A stretch of DNA of 64,000 nt from an uncultured Gammaproteobacteria bacterium. Its GTDB lineage: Bacteria; Pseudomonadota; Gammaproteobacteria; JACCXJ01. The notes below the pieces were generated by a model. That model saw only the letters and a program-made list of their open reading frames with translations, was not told the DNA's origin and ran no database searches. The stretch lies in NCBI GenBank assembly GCA_963764725.1, contig CAVXTM010000016.1, positions 32,001 through 96,000 of the forward strand, in the 5' to 3' direction. The stretch's first letter is position 1, and the number at the start of each line of letters is the position of its first letter. A program made the translations under genes and the position numbers. Below, in pieces: positions 20,966-32,000 of this stretch.

Positions 20966-21235
20966 ATGAGCTTTGCGGAGCATTTTCAGAACGGCGAGAC
21001 CTGGAAGCGAGGCGCTTACATGTTGCTGTTTGCGGTTATCTATACCGTCGCCGAGATCGTCGCTTGGGGAGTCGCGCTGTTCCAGTTCGGTTCAAAGCTC
21101 GTCACCGGGGACATCAATCCGCGCCTCGTGGATTTTGGCCAGCGGCTCAGTACCTATATCTATCAGCTATTGGTGTACGTGACCTTCAAGTCGGACGATA
21201 AGCCTTATCCCTTCAGCGATTGGCCCGCGGCGTAG
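20966..21235 (+). CDS. DUF4389-domain membrane protein
   Basis: AAGGAG RBS; W.RG.YMLLF...FQF...N.RL..FG..LS.Y.YQ...Y.TF....PYPFSDWP. Confidence 0.85.
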   Translation: MSFAEHFQNGETWKRGAYMLLFAVIYTVAEIVAWGVALFQFGSKLVTGDINPRLVDFGQRLSTYIYQLLVYVTFKSDDKPYPFSDWPAA

Positions 21236-21263
21236 TGACGCGTTTACTTTAAACCCATTTGTC

Positions 21264-24200
21264 ATGGAGTTTTCCGAACGCGTCCCGCCGTACCCCGCGG
21301 CCGGCGTCTCAGCGTCCGCGCAAGTAAGTCTAGCGCTCGGATTTACCGCCTTTGCGTATGTGGACTTATACGAGCCTCACCGGCTCAGGGATCTGCTTGC
21401 GGTTTTCGATGATTACGTCGCGGATCGAGACCCCGCTCTGTCTGCCGAGTTCGGCCAATACCGCGCCACATTGGGCGCAGGACTGCCGCCACAAACGATA
21501 TCGGACTTGCTCGTGCGCATGGCGCCCTACGTCGGCGAATTCGTCGCCAAGCTCTTCGGCGTCGCGAGCGAGCGCGACCGCCAGCGTGCTGCCATACAAG
21601 AAGAACTGGACACGGTTTTTGTCTTCCGCAACGAAGTCTTGGCGCAAGCGCAAGAAAAGTTCAGGCCGGAGGATCTCATCACCTGGGACCTCCAACAATT
21701 GCAGCGGCAAATCGAGATTCTAAAACACATCATCGCTCCCGGTGTCCACGCGAGCGATCCTGAACGGGCCCTCGCCGGTGTCGCGAGCAAGCTATGGCGT
21801 CTGCGGCAGCGCTGCGCCGCGGGTATCTCTAGACAAGAACCGGCGGACAAGCACTTAGATCAAGACCTGTGCGCCGTTCGCACCGGTATCGAAGCCGACC
21901 CCGAAGCCCGGGTGACCTTTGCCGATTGCTTGACCGAAACGTGCGCGCACGCGTTCGTCCTTCGGCTGCTCGATCGCATCGAGCGCTGGAGCTTCGCCGC
22001 ACGGCACGATGCGGGAATAAACGCAACGGTGGCGAATTGGGTGAGCTTCAAGCACGCTCGAAAAACGGACTTCCAGCACCTGGTCCATGCCGAGCAGCTC
22101 CAACGCGACGGCTATAAGGTTCTCAGCGGACCGATGGCGCGACGTCGGCGGCGCGACGGCTTTGCTCTGACCGATCCCCGCCACGACGAGCGCCACGTGC
22201 TTTATGAAATAGATCACTGTATCTATTGTCACGACCGCGATACCGATTCCTGTTCCAAGGGCATGCGAAACCGCAGAGACGGGAGCTACAAGATCAACCC
22301 GCTCGGGGTGACGATCACGGGCTGCCCGCTGGAGGAGAAGATCTCCGAAATGCACGTGCTCAAGCGGCAGGGGGACAATATTGGAGCGCTCGCGCTCATC
22401 ATGATCGACAACCCGATGTGCCCGGGCACGGGCCACAGGATCTGTAACGACTGCATGAAGGGATGCATCTACCAGAAGACCGAGCCCGTCAATATTCCAC
22501 AGATCGAAACCAACGTCCTGACCGAGGTCTTGTTCATGCCGTGGGGGTTCGAGATCTACGGGCTTTTCACGCGCTGGAATCCGCTCAATGTCAAACGCTC
22601 CGTGGCCCTGCCCTATAACGGTAAGAATGTGCTCATCGCCGGCCTCGGCCCCGCCGGCTACACCTTGGCCCACTACCTACTCAACGAGGGGTTCGGCGTG
22701 GTCGGCATCGATGGTTTGAAGATCGAGCCTCTGCCGCGAGACCTGAGCGGCGATTGGGATCAACCACCGCTGCCGGTCCGGGATTTTGGCGAGCTTTACG
22801 AGGACTTGGATACCCGCGTCATGACGGGTTTCGGCGGGGTAGCGGAATACGGAATCACCGTGCGTTGGGACAAGAACTTCCTCAAAGTCATTTATCTCAC
22901 ACTCGCCCGGCGGCGGACGTTTCGCTGTTACGGCGGCATCCGTTTCGGCGGCACGCTGACAATCAACGAGGCTTGGGATCTCGGGTTTCACCATATCGCC
23001 GTCGCGAGCGGCGCCGGCAAACCCACGATCATCGAGCTTGCGAATAACCTCATGCGGGGGATCCGCAAGGCTTCGGATTTTCTCATGGCGCTGCAACTGA
23101 CCGGCGCCGCCAAACATTCATCCCTCGCCAACCTTCAGGTGCGGTTGCCCGCCGGCGTCATTGGCGGCGGACTCACGGCGATCGACACGGCGACCGAACT
23201 GCTCGCTTATTATCCGGTGCAGGTCGAGAAGGTCCTGCACCGTTATGAAGTGCTGGCGAGGCGTTATGAAGAGCAATCCGTGCGTGCCCGTTACGACGAC
23301 GAGGAACTGCTGATCCTGGATGAATTACTTGATCACGGACGCACCATACGCGCCGAGCGCTCGCGCGCTCTTGCGGCCGGCGAAACCCCGAATTTCCTGC
23401 CGTTGCTCGAACAATGGGGGGGCGTGACATTATTCTACCGAAAGGGTCTGCGCGACGCCCCGGCGTACAGACAGAACCACGAGGAGATCGAAAAGGCGCT
23501 GGAAGAAGGCATTGCCCTCGCGGAAGGCATGAGTCCTAGCGAGGCCATAGGCGATCGCTTCGGCCATCTGCGGGCGGTGCGTTTCGAGCGTCTGACTCCA
23601 AAGGACGGTCGCTGGATCGCCGCAGACGATGCGGTTGAAGTGCCGCTGCGCAGCCTTTTCATTGCCGCCGGCACCTCGCCCAATACTATCTATGAAAGCG
23701 AACACCCCGGCAGTTTCGAGATGGACACCAAGGCCCACTTCTACCAAAGATTCGAGCCGAATGCGTGCGGGCTGGAAGCGATGCACGATCTCACCGCGCC
23801 GAAAGTCGGCAAGCGCGCGCCCTTCACTTCGTATCGGCGGCAAGGTAAGTTTATTACTTTCTATGGGGACAACCATCCAGTGTACGCGGGGAACGTTGTC
23901 AAAGCGATGGCCAGCGCCCGTGACGGCTATCCGTACATCGTGAGATTGTTCGAACACGAGCTGCGCCAACTCGATCCGGCCGATCAGCGCTACCGCGATC
24001 GAGCGCTGCGGGCGTTTCACGCCACGCTCGATGAGTCACTGCTCGCGACCGTGGTGGCGGTCCAGCGGCTCACGCCCACCATCCTCGAGATCGTGGTCCA
24101 CGCGCCGATGCAAGCGCGCAAGTTTCGTCCCGGTCAGTTTTATCGAATTCAAAACTTCGAGACGCTTGCCCCGCGGATGGAAGGCACTGTTTTAGCTGCG

Positions 24201-25022
24201 GAAGGCTTGGCGCTCACCGGCGCCTCGGTGGACAAGGAGAAGGGCTTGATAACACTGATCACCCTCGAGATGGGAAGCTCCTCCCGGCTCTGCCGGTTGT
24301 GGCAACCTGGGGATCCGGTTGTTGTGATGGGCGTCACCGGCGCGCCGACCGACATCCCTTCCGGTAAAACCGTCGTGCTCGCGGGCGGCGGATTGGGCAA
24401 TGCGGTGCTGTTCTCGATCGGTAAAGCCTTGCGCGCGGCCGGCAATCGAGTGATCTATTTCGCCGGTTACAAGAGCCGCGATGATGTCTTCAAGGTCGAG
24501 GACATCGAGGCCGCAGCGGATGTGATCGTGTGGTCCGTGGATCCCGCGCCCACGGCCCGGACGATCGCGATCACGCGGCCCCAGGACAAGAGTTTCATAG
24601 GTAACATCCTCGATGCCATGGTGGCCTATGCCAAGGGCAAGCTCGGAGATACGCCGATCCATCTGGATGATGTGGACCATATCATTGCCATCGGTTCCGA
24701 TCGCATGATGGCGGCCGTGAAAGAAGCCCGCAATGGAATACTGAAGCCCTATCTGAAACCTAAGCACGTCGCCATCGGCTCGATCAACTCTCCGATGCAG
24801 TGCATGATGAAGGGCGTATGCGCGCAATGCCTGTGCAAGCACGTCGATCCCAGTACTGGCCAGGAATACTTTGTCTATTCGTGTTACAACCAGGACCAAG
24901 AGCTCGATCGTGTCGACTTTCCGCACTTGAATGCGCGGCTGCGGCAGAACTCTGTTCAGGAAAAGCTCTCCGCGCTGTGGTTGGACTACCTGTTGGAGAA
25001 ACGCGGCACTCCCAGCGTCTGA
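21264..25022 (+). CDS. Large Fe-S/FAD oxidoreductase: GltD/NfnB-like module fused to a PyrK/NfnA-like FAD/NAD/2Fe-2S module
   Basis: CIYC..C, GCPLEE, CPGTGHRICNDCMKGC, GLGPAG, GGGLTAID, PGQF, GGGLG, MQCMMKGVCAQC. Confidence 0.85.
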   Translation: MEFSERVPPYPAAGVSASAQVSLALGFTAFAYVDLYEPHRLRDLLAVFDDYVADRDPALSAEFGQYRATLGAGLPPQTISDLLVRMAPYVGEFVAKLFGVASERDRQRAAIQEELDTVFVFRNEVLAQAQEKFRPEDLITWDLQQLQRQIEILKHIIAPGVHASDPERALAGVASKLWRLRQRCAAGISRQEPADKHLDQDLCAVRTGIEADPEARVTFADCLTETCAHAFVLRLLDRIERWSFAARHDAGINATVANWVSFKHARKTDFQHLVHAEQLQRDGYKVLSGPMARRRRRDGFALTDPRHDERHVLYEIDHCIYCHDRDTDSCSKGMRNRRDGSYKINPLGVTITGCPLEEKISEMHVLKRQGDNIGALALIMIDNPMCPGTGHRICNDCMKGCIYQKTEPVNIPQIETNVLTEVLFMPWGFEIYGLFTRWNPLNVKRSVALPYNGKNVLIAGLGPAGYTLAHYLLNEGFGVVGIDGLKIEPLPRDLSGDWDQPPLPVRDFGELYEDLDTRVMTGFGGVAEYGITVRWDKNFLKVIYLTLARRRTFRCYGGIRFGGTLTINEAWDLGFHHIAVASGAGKPTIIELANNLMRGIRKASDFLMALQLTGAAKHSSLANLQVRLPAGVIGGGLTAIDTATELLAYYPVQVEKVLHRYEVLARRYEEQSVRARYDDEELLILDELLDHGRTIRAERSRALAAGETPNFLPLLEQWGGVTLFYRKGLRDAPAYRQNHEEIEKALEEGIALAEGMSPSEAIGDRFGHLRAVRFERLTPKDGRWIAADDAVEVPLRSLFIAAGTSPNTIYESEHPGSFEMDTKAHFYQRFEPNACGLEAMHDLTAPKVGKRAPFTSYRRQGKFITFYGDNHPVYAGNVVKAMASARDGYPYIVRLFEHELRQLDPADQRYRDRALRAFHATLDESLLATVVAVQRLTPTILEIVVHAPMQARKFRPGQFYRIQNFETLAPRMEGTVLAAEGLALTGASVDKEKGLITLITLEMGSSSRLCRLWQPGDPVVVMGVTGAPTDIPSGKTVVLAGGGLGNAVLFSIGKALRAAGNRVIYFAGYKSRDDVFKVEDIEAAADVIVWSVDPAPTARTIAITRPQDKSFIGNILDAMVAYAKGKLGDTPIHLDDVDHIIAIGSDRMMAAVKEARNGILKPYLKPKHVAIGSINSPMQCMMKGVCAQCLCKHVDPSTGQEYFVYSCYNQDQELDRVDFPHLNARLRQNSVQEKLSALWLDYLLEKRGTPSV

Positions 25023-25027
25023 ATCGC

Positions 25028-25777
25028 ATGCAGGGCCGCGTACTGGTCATCGCCGGGTCCGATTCGAGCGGTGGGGCCGGAATTCAGGCCGACATTACGA
25101 CCATCGCGGCCCTCGGCGGTCGCGCGGCCACCGCGATCACCGCGCTGACGGCGCAAAACACGCGGCGCGTCCACGCGATCGTCGGCATCGAACCCGATTT
25201 CGTCGCCCGCCAAGCGGAGGCCGTGCTCCGAGGCATCGGCGCCGACTGCATCAAGACCGGCATGCTCTACAGCGCGGAGATCATTGACGCCGTCTGCGAT
25301 CTGATCGAAGCGCGAGCACCCGACCTACCCTGGGTGGTCGATCCGGTGATGCTTGCGACTAGCGGTGCGACGCTTCTCGATCCTCCGGGGATCGGGCGTT
25401 TGGTGGGGCGCGTTTTCCCGCACGCGGCTGTTTTGACCCCCAATGTTCCTGAGGCCGAGCGGCTCACGGGCATGCGCATTACCACCGACGAACACATGAT
25501 CGCCGCCGCCAAGCACTTGCTCGGACAAGGTCCTAAGGCGATACTATTGAAAGGCGGTCACAGATCTGGGGATACTATCAGCGATTTCCTGGTCACCGAC
25601 GCGGACCTCCAAGTATTTCAACATCCTCGCATCGAAACGCCGCACTTGCGCGGCACGGGATGCACGCTGGGCTCCGCCGTCGCCACCGGCTTGGCCCAAG
25701 GCATGACCATTGGCTCGGCGGTGGCGCGCGCGACGGAGTACGTGCTGTACCGGCTAAGGTTCGGCAATTCCAAATGA
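25028..25777 (+). CDS. thiD: Hydroxymethylpyrimidine/phosphomethylpyrimidine kinase
   Basis: IAGSDSSGGAGIQAD, KTGML, VDPVM, TPNVPEA, LKGGH, GTGCT. Confidence 0.93.
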   Translation: MQGRVLVIAGSDSSGGAGIQADITTIAALGGRAATAITALTAQNTRRVHAIVGIEPDFVARQAEAVLRGIGADCIKTGMLYSAEIIDAVCDLIEARAPDLPWVVDPVMLATSGATLLDPPGIGRLVGRVFPHAAVLTPNVPEAERLTGMRITTDEHMIAAAKHLLGQGPKAILLKGGHRSGDTISDFLVTDADLQVFQHPRIETPHLRGTGCTLGSAVATGLAQGMTIGSAVARATEYVLYRLRFGNSK

Positions 25778-25871
25778 CATCTAGCTTGCTCTTCGGGCAG
25801 AGAAGGAGCCGGTAGCGTTGGGTCCGGCTAAGGAGTTCGGAAGCGATTCCACCCGCCGGTGCTCCATGGCG

Positions 25872-27638
25872 CTACAAAACCACCGGCTCCCACCCGAGTT
25901 CATCCACGATTCGGAACAGGTCCGTGTCGCTCACGATACCGACGGGCAAACCGCTCTGTTCGACGACCACACGGCGAATATGCGACTCCACCATCCTGGA
26001 GGCGCACTCTTGCAAGGACATGTCGATAGGCACCGTAACCAGAGGTTTGGTAGCGATCTCCTCCACCTTGACGCGCGCCGGGGAACGATTAGCGTGAATA
26101 ATCCGGCCGATGATATCCCGCTGGGTCATGATTGCCCACAGGCCATCCCTGCCGGGTTCCACGACCACGCTGCTGATGCCGTGCTCGCGCATCAAGTGCA
26201 TCACTTGATCGACGAATACCCCGGGCTTCACGGTCCTGATGTGACTCATGATGTCGGCCACCGTATGCGGCGTGCGTCCCGAGGCGCGCATTTCGACGAA
26301 GGGCTCCGCCATGCGCCGCGCCTCGCGCTCTTCCCTCTCGGATTGAATGGCCGCGTACCACTCCCTGCGCCGCGCCTCGATATCGACCTTCGCCTGCATC
26401 TGATCGATCAACGCATCCGCGAATCGGCTCGTTGAAACTGCCGTCGCGCCGTCCATCAAGCGCGCAAAATCATAGGTCACGATCTTCCGCTGAATGACTT
26501 CGGGATACGCGAAGGTAATGAGATCCGCCACCTCGTTCCAGCCGAGGTATTCGAACATCATGACGCCGCTGAACAAGAGCGAGCCGGGGTTGACCTTATC
26601 CTGGTTAGCGTATTTGGGCGCCGTGCCATGGGTGGCCTCGAAGACCGCCACGAAGTCGGCCATGTTCGCGCCCGGGGCGATCCCCACCCCGCCCACCTCG
26701 GCGGCGATGGCGTCGGAGAGATAGTCGCCATTGAGGTTCGTGGTCGCAATCACGTCGAACTCGTTCGGCCGAAGCAACATCAGTTGAAACATGATATCCG
26801 CGATTCGGTCCTTGATAACCACCTTGTCCTTGGGTTGCTTACCGCCGTGCACGCTGTAAAGATCGGCCTCGGTGATGGTCCGATCGCCGAACTCCTCGCG
26901 CGCAACCTCATAGCCCCAGTTGCGGAACGCGCCTTCCGTATACTTCTGAATATTCCCTTTATGTACGAGCGTGACGCTCTCGCGGCCGTGATCCAGAGCA
27001 TACTGGATCGCCTTGCGAACCAGGCGTTTGCTGCCAAAGGCACTGATCGGTTTGATGCCGATTCCGGAGTCTTCGAAGAATTTGGCCCCCATCTCATCCT
27101 TCAGGAACTGCTCGACCCTTCTGGCTTCGGCGCTCCCGGCCTGATATTCGATCCCCGCGTAAACGTCTTCGGTATTTTCGCGAAAGATCACCACATCCAC
27201 GAATTCCGGCTGGCGCATAGGCGAAGGCACCCCCGGGTAATACCGGATCGGGCGTACGCAAGCATAGAGGTCCAAGTCCTGGCGCAGAGCCACGTTCAGC
27301 GAGCGAAATCCGGCTCCCACGGGTGTGGTGAGCGGTCCCTTGATCGACACGATGGTCTGCTGTAATGCCTCCTTCACCTCGTCGGGAAAGACATTGCCGT
27401 CGTATTTCTCGGCAGCCTTTTCGCCCATGTAGACTTCCATCCAATGAACCTTGCGCTGGCCGCCGTAGGCCTGTTCGATCGCCGCATCCCAAACCCGCAG
27501 ACAAGCCCGCATGATATCCGGACCGATACCGTCACCTTCGACATAAGCGAGGATGGGATGATCGGGGATGACGAGCCGGCCGTTCTCAATGGATAGGCGT
27601 TGACCCTGCTGCGGAAACTCGACGTGTTGATAGGGCAT
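25872..27638 (-). CDS. icd: NADP-dependent isocitrate dehydrogenase with a C-terminal CBS-pair fusion
   Basis: EGDGIGPD, KGPLTTPVG, HKGNI, NLNGDYLSD, EATHGTAPKY, VTYDFAR, then a helical linker and CBS pair (IMTQRDII, GIVSDTDLF). Confidence 0.95.
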   Translation of the reverse strand: MPYQHVEFPQQGQRLSIENGRLVIPDHPILAYVEGDGIGPDIMRACLRVWDAAIEQAYGGQRKVHWMEVYMGEKAAEKYDGNVFPDEVKEALQQTIVSIKGPLTTPVGAGFRSLNVALRQDLDLYACVRPIRYYPGVPSPMRQPEFVDVVIFRENTEDVYAGIEYQAGSAEARRVEQFLKDEMGAKFFEDSGIGIKPISAFGSKRLVRKAIQYALDHGRESVTLVHKGNIQKYTEGAFRNWGYEVAREEFGDRTITEADLYSVHGGKQPKDKVVIKDRIADIMFQLMLLRPNEFDVIATTNLNGDYLSDAIAAEVGGVGIAPGANMADFVAVFEATHGTAPKYANQDKVNPGSLLFSGVMMFEYLGWNEVADLITFAYPEVIQRKIVTYDFARLMDGATAVSTSRFADALIDQMQAKVDIEARRREWYAAIQSEREEREARRMAEPFVEMRASGRTPHTVADIMSHIRTVKPGVFVDQVMHLMREHGISSVVVEPGRDGLWAIMTQRDIIGRIIHANRSPARVKVEEIATKPLVTVPIDMSLQECASRMVESHIRRVVVEQSGLPVGIVSDTDLFRIVDELGWEPVVL

Positions 27639-27784
27639 TTGACCGACGACCGAATAAGCTCGTAGTGCGCGGCGATTGCTTGCTCCCGGACGGCCGTGCG
27701 ATGCGGGACATTTTCCGCCGTCACGCCGACAATGTCCACGCTGGCGGCGATGCCCCTGCTATCTGACTGCGATTTCCCGGTGTT

Positions 27785-29074
27785 TTAAGGTAACGCCTTC
27801 GCGAGCGCCTTACCCGACTCGATCAAGCGCTCGATCAGCACTTGCTGAAACACTTTGCCCAACCGCAATTGCGTGGGCAGCGAGGCCCAGTCTCGAACGG
27901 GGGCGCTGACCTTCATTACCGTGGCTGCTTGGGTAGCGACCACCGTTGCGCTACGGCGTCCCTCGGTGAGATAGCCAATCTCACCGAAACATTCGCCTTC
28001 CCTCAATGCGGCGATGTCCTTGCCATCTTTTTGGATTGCAACCTCGCCGGAAACGAGGATATAAAAGGCGGCTTCGATAGCGCCCTGCTGCAGAATGCAT
28101 GCGCCCGGATCGTAAGACTCCCAGACAGAGATCTTCACAAGATCACTCACTTCCATTGCCGAAAGGGCCTTGCAAAACTTCAAGGAACGGGCAATCCGAA
28201 CCTTCTCTTCCTGCGGTAGCGCCAACTGAGGATCATTGATCTCGTTGGCAAGCGTTTCGAGATCGGCGCCAAGATCCACCGCACGTTGATAACGAAGCGC
28301 CTGATCTTTCTGTAAACAGCGTTTGACGATGGCGGCTAAGCGTTTGGGCACCTCGGGCCGCAACGCTTCGACGGGGTCCGGATCTTTTTTTAGTATGTTA
28401 TTGATCACCACCGGTATATCCCGCGCGGCAAACGGCGTCTTTCCGGTTAGTAGCTGATAGCTCACAACCCCGAGCGAAAAGATGTCCGATTGCCCTGTGA
28501 GATCGCCTCCTCGCGCCTGCTCGGGTGACATATAGAGCGGGGATCCAAACCAGCCCATGACCTGCGTTTGATCACTATTAGCGCGCTGCGAGATGCCGAA
28601 ATCGCCCAATTTAACGACGTCTCTGGAAGTCAGCATAATGTTAGCGGGTTTGATGTCGCGATGGGTGACCCCTTTGCCGTGGGCATACACCAAGGCATCG
28701 GTACACTGGCGTATCAGTTTTACTGCCTGCTCGACGGGCAACAGCTTGCTCGCTTGGGTGTAGGTCTTCAGGGTGCGCGCTTGCTCCACGTACTCCATCG
28801 CGATATAACACAGACCCTGTTCGTAATTCGCGTCGTAGATCCTGAGAATGTTCGGGTGATCGAGCGCGCCCGCGGTCTGGGCTTCATTGAAGAAAAGCTT
28901 TTGCTGTTGCCGTGCCTCCACATCTTCCTCGAGGGTCGCCGGTATTTTACTTACCTTAATCGCAACCTTGCGGTCGATGACGGGATCATAAGCGACATAA
29001 ACCGTAGCCATGGCTCCCTGGCCCGCGATCCCTGTGATTTGGTACTTACCGATCTTCGCCGGCAAGGCTGACAT
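27785..29074 (-). CDS. Hanks-type Ser/Thr protein kinase with a C-terminal cNMP-binding domain
   Basis: GQGAMATV, VAIK, HRDIKPAN, DFG, YMSPEQ; C-terminal GECFGEI...RRSATV. Confidence 0.93.
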   Translation of the reverse strand: MSALPAKIGKYQITGIAGQGAMATVYVAYDPVIDRKVAIKVSKIPATLEEDVEARQQQKLFFNEAQTAGALDHPNILRIYDANYEQGLCYIAMEYVEQARTLKTYTQASKLLPVEQAVKLIRQCTDALVYAHGKGVTHRDIKPANIMLTSRDVVKLGDFGISQRANSDQTQVMGWFGSPLYMSPEQARGGDLTGQSDIFSLGVVSYQLLTGKTPFAARDIPVVINNILKKDPDPVEALRPEVPKRLAAIVKRCLQKDQALRYQRAVDLGADLETLANEINDPQLALPQEEKVRIARSLKFCKALSAMEVSDLVKISVWESYDPGACILQQGAIEAAFYILVSGEVAIQKDGKDIAALREGECFGEIGYLTEGRRSATVVATQAATVMKVSAPVRDWASLPTQLRLGKVFQQVLIERLIESGKALAKALP

Positions 29075-29078
29075 CGTT

Positions 29079-32000
29079 TTAACGCTCCGACAAATGCAGC
29101 GCTGTTGTCGTCAACTCAACGGCGTAATCCACCCCAATCTTGCGGAGCGCGGTGAGGGCCTCCTCCCCCTCGGCGTTTTCGGCCACGGTCTTCGCGCCGA
29201 ATAATCGGCCCAGCTCATGCGCCGATTGGACCACCGCGTGTGCCTTTAAATTATGCGTCATGTCGCTGACGAACGTCCCGCTGATGGCGACAAAGTCGAC
29301 CGGAAGATCATCAAGAAGCGCATGCTTCGCAGTATTCTGGCCAAAGCATGCCAAGGAGAATCGGCAGCCGAATTCATGCACGGTACGGATAAAATGGTGT
29401 GCCGGTTCCGCATTCGCGAGGACCGTGTCCTCGGTGGCTTCAAAGCAAACCTTACCGGGCGGCACCGGATGTTCCGTCAGCAGATTCAGTACATATTCGA
29501 TTAGCCCCGCGTCGTTCAATGAGTCGCTTGACAGTCTAAAGACATACGCGCCCGTCTGCGCGGCATGGTTGCGATGGGCCCCCATCCACTGAATGCTTTC
29601 TCGTAACAGCAAGTGCTCCAGGATACGAACCTTCGGGGACAAGTGGGGCGTCTCGCATTCAAGCGGAACCGCGATGACCTCCTCCGCGCATAAAAACCGC
29701 GGGACGATCCGATAAAGGGGCGCCAGGTTCTCCGCCGGCTGCAGGGCTGTGACCCGTTGCGCGTAGGGAATGATTGATTCATTGGACAGCGCGTGATCGA
29801 GGTGGGTTTCCCAGTCAATTCCTTCCTCGCACCTGCTCGATGTCCCGCCGCATCCTGACAGGTCGAGCTTGTATCCCCCAGGCGCATCTACCTGCTCCGC
29901 TAACGAGCGCGCGCGGTCGAGGTGCTCTTGCGCCGTTCCCCCTTGAGGCCCGAACGCGACGACGCCGATATGGACGCGCAATTTCGAAAGCGCGCTCGTC
30001 CGTTTGATGGGCATATTCGACAAAGCTTCGTGTTGAGCATGGACTATTGCTTCGCCCTGGGTCGGATCCCCCGCCGGCAATACCCACGCGAGGCTGGTCC
30101 TGTCAAGGCGTGCCAACGTAGCCGGGGCCGGCAGCGACTGCTGCAAGAGCGTGGTTGATTGCTTGAGGATTCCATCGAAGCGCTGAGGGTCTATCCGCTC
30201 GTTCGCTTCTTTCAGTTGCACATGACCGAGCAAGCCCGTTACGCCTTCCGAGCGCGCCATTGCCGCGCTCAACCGGTGGATAAACGCCTGCCGGTTTTCA
30301 AGACCGGTGGTTCGGTCATGACAGGCAGCCTGATGGATGTCATGAAAGACGGAATAAGTCGCAGCACGAAGCGCCTGATCGATCGCCGTGACCTCGGTGG
30401 AATCGGCCAATTTGATCGCGCCACGGCGTAACTGCATGGCTAACTCGTGCAGCGTAAGCGATGCCGCCTTATTTCCCTCCTTGTCCGCGAAAACGTAAAG
30501 ATTGTGATTCTCAGCGATCCAAGCGAGGTAACGGCGCTCGCTCGATCCATGGCGGCCGCGGAATTGAAATGCCTGGCCCACTCGGAACTGTTTCGCGTGT
30601 TCGAGCCAGATCAGCCATTCCTTGGGAAAGTCGGGGCGCCCGTCTGTCTTCAGCTCGGTTCGCTTAGCAGCCATGCCCTGTACAACACGTGACTGCAAGA
30701 ATGCCTGCTGCTTATTACAATCCTCGATCACTTGTGTAACGTTGTTCTCATAGTCACCAATCCGCTGGGCCTCGAGTGCTTGTATGTCAGCCAAGGCTTC
30801 TCGTATTGGAGCCGTGCTATCGTTGTCTCCACCGTCGATTCTCGCAGCAAGGTGTTCGATCACTTCACTTAATCTTTGCTGGTGATCCCCGCTTCGTGGT
30901 AACGCGTGCTGTAATCGGGCGAGCTCGTTGACAAACCGATAAACAGGATGCGAGGGATCGCTCAAGAACTCCGGCTCGGACAAGGCGAGCTTGTGAAGGG
31001 GTACCGCTAAGCGCTGAAGCCAGGTCGGAGTACCATTGGTTGCTGCTACATCACCGCCAATCCAGGTGGTGAGGCGACTCACAACGTCGAGCACATACTC
31101 ATCGTCTGGGTGTATTGAACGCCGGTCCGCACCGGCTTCGATCCGGCTTTCTAGAGCAGCGACTAACCCAGCCTTGACGGTCGGGCTCTGACCTGCCTCA
31201 GCCGCGGACAGGGTTAACTCCCGTTCTACCGCGGGTAATGCGGCGATCAGATCGGAAGCGTTGTAATACGGTTCCGATCCCGCGAGCGCTGGAGAACCGC
31301 CGTGTCCTTGAGCCTGGCAACCGGGATCCTGACCTCCCGGTGGGTAGGTGCCAACGGCATCTTGTCCGATCCACTGCCGGAGTTGCAGTAACTTGCCAAC
31401 CGGGTTGCACGGACTCGGGTTGGGTGATGCCCGTGTTCCCTCGCCTACCAGAGGCGTTACCGCAGACTGCATTCGGCGTCCCGCCGCACCTCCTCGGTCC
31501 GACTGTGTGACGTACGCATCGTGGACACCCCCCCGGGCTACTGTCTCCGGCGCGACCGGTGATTCGCGTTGGACGCTCTTATGTGCGGTGGGCGTCCCGT
31601 CGAGGTTGGGCAGCACATTGAGTTTTTTTAAACATTCATTCACGCTGTGATAAAAACCACCCAGGTTCGCAAGCAACGATGCGCTCACCGCTGGATAGGC
31701 AGCCTGACACTGTCGGGTGGTGAAATCGAGGTTGTGCAATGCATCGGCAATGAGGTTGCACAGGACTACCGGGCCGATCGGATTCGTCGTTCTATCGATC
31801 TCTGACCGAGACACAAAGGAGAACCTTCTTTGTAGTCGGAAAAGGTCGTCCTTAAACCGCAGCTCGACCCGCACGACCGCTTCGCTCAGCGACAGAAAGT
31901 CCTCAAATTCATCTTGTTTTACCAGCACTAGCTCGTTTGCGTTTCGGAGAGGAGTGACCGCCTTGGTTGGAAACGCGCTGGACTGGGACCAATCGAGAGA

